DNA of 48,432 nucleotides from Perkinsus olseni (Eukaryota): NCBI GenBank assembly GCA_013115125.1, contig JABANN010000238.1, positions 1 to 48,432 of the forward strand, read 5' to 3'. Shown piece by piece: positions 48,135 to 48,432 of this stretch (position 1 is its first letter; each line of letters starts with the position of its first letter). The notes under the pieces were generated by a model. It saw only the letters and a program-made list of their open reading frames with translations, ran no database searches and was not told where the DNA came from. The position numbers and the translations under genes were made by a program.

Positions 48135-48432
48135 GCGAATCCTCAGTCGCACCAAGGAGCTTCGGTAAGAGCAGCATCCCATCGAGCCCTCTATCGGATC
48201 GAAGGAAGTCGAGAACAGGCTTTTTGGCAAGAAAGTAGTCTGGTGATTCCAACATACAGTACTCTCCTTCGAACTTGAAGTTTCGGAAGCTAGCGGCATC
48301 GAAGCTCAAGCCAACATGACCACCACGTGACCTCTGCCCTCCTACAGCGCGTACGTCTCACTGGCATACAGTAGCATAGATGAGGCTGCCATGATCAGGA
48401 TCACCATTGATGGTGCCGGTGGTCGTTTGAAA

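Larger units (their letters stand above)
43422..48432 (-). pseudogene. ZNFX1: Disrupted ZNFX1-like Upf1-family helicase with NF-X1-like zinc-finger array and C-terminal RING-like domain (5' end outside the window)
   Basis: SF1 motifs VQGQPGTGKS, TMTNHALDQFLE, IIEEAGE, IGDHQQLRP, SLFERL, LTPYVGQ, TIDDYQGEE and VALSRAREGL, then many L[PA]CGH-x5-C repeats and LPDCGH..CPAC. In-frame stops at 48358-48360, 48077-48079 and 44349-44351. Frameshifts at about 48120, 47455, 47280, 46742, 46310, 46105, 45672, 45231, 44970 and 44460. Confidence 0.88.

Noticed and set aside
43740-48309. ZNFX1 ORF breaks as programmed frameshifting, micro-introns or stop-codon reassignment
   Set aside because: The breaks share no slippery or splice motif and the 14-nt inserts lack GT/AG ends. 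Lesions are mixed (TGA, TAA, 1-nt indels), and neighbouring genes use TAA, TAG and TGA as normal stops.
1-48432. Spliced-leader relics, tRNA/rRNA genes, CRISPR arrays, transposase or reverse-transcriptase ORFs
   Set aside because: None recognised by eye. A covariance-model or HMM search would be needed to exclude them formally.

Overview
Eukaryotic, gene-dense nuclear DNA with many short introns (about 45-60 nt, mostly GT-AG, at least one GC-AG). The intron style, gene set and intronless orphan secreted proteins suggest a Perkinsus-like alveolate; this is an inference, not a database result. Recognisable genes are SMC4, a TM-RING-H2 E3 ligase, a nucleoplasmin-like FKBP, an organellar TypA/BipA GTPase, RPS2 (uS5), an ER thioredoxin/PDI-like protein, a tandem pair of related secreted proteins, the PP4 catalytic subunit, a Gfo/Idh/MocA oxidoreductase, PIG-W/GWT1, two intronless secreted orphans and a disrupted ZNFX1-like helicase. 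The most striking feature is a stereotyped 22-nt DNA scar. For an 8-mer X it reads X[1-7] + reverse-complement(X[1-8]) + X[2-8], a net gain of 14 bp. It occurs perfectly 7 times, 5 of them exactly at frameshifts of the ZNFX1 gene, and imperfectly at least 4 more times, each with a different 8-mer. The window also holds an intact 177-bp hAT-type MITE with an 8-bp target-site duplication. Together these point to hairpin-forming hAT excision followed by one dominant, microhomology-guided repair route. Exon boundaries were read by eye, so gene ends are approximate where stated.
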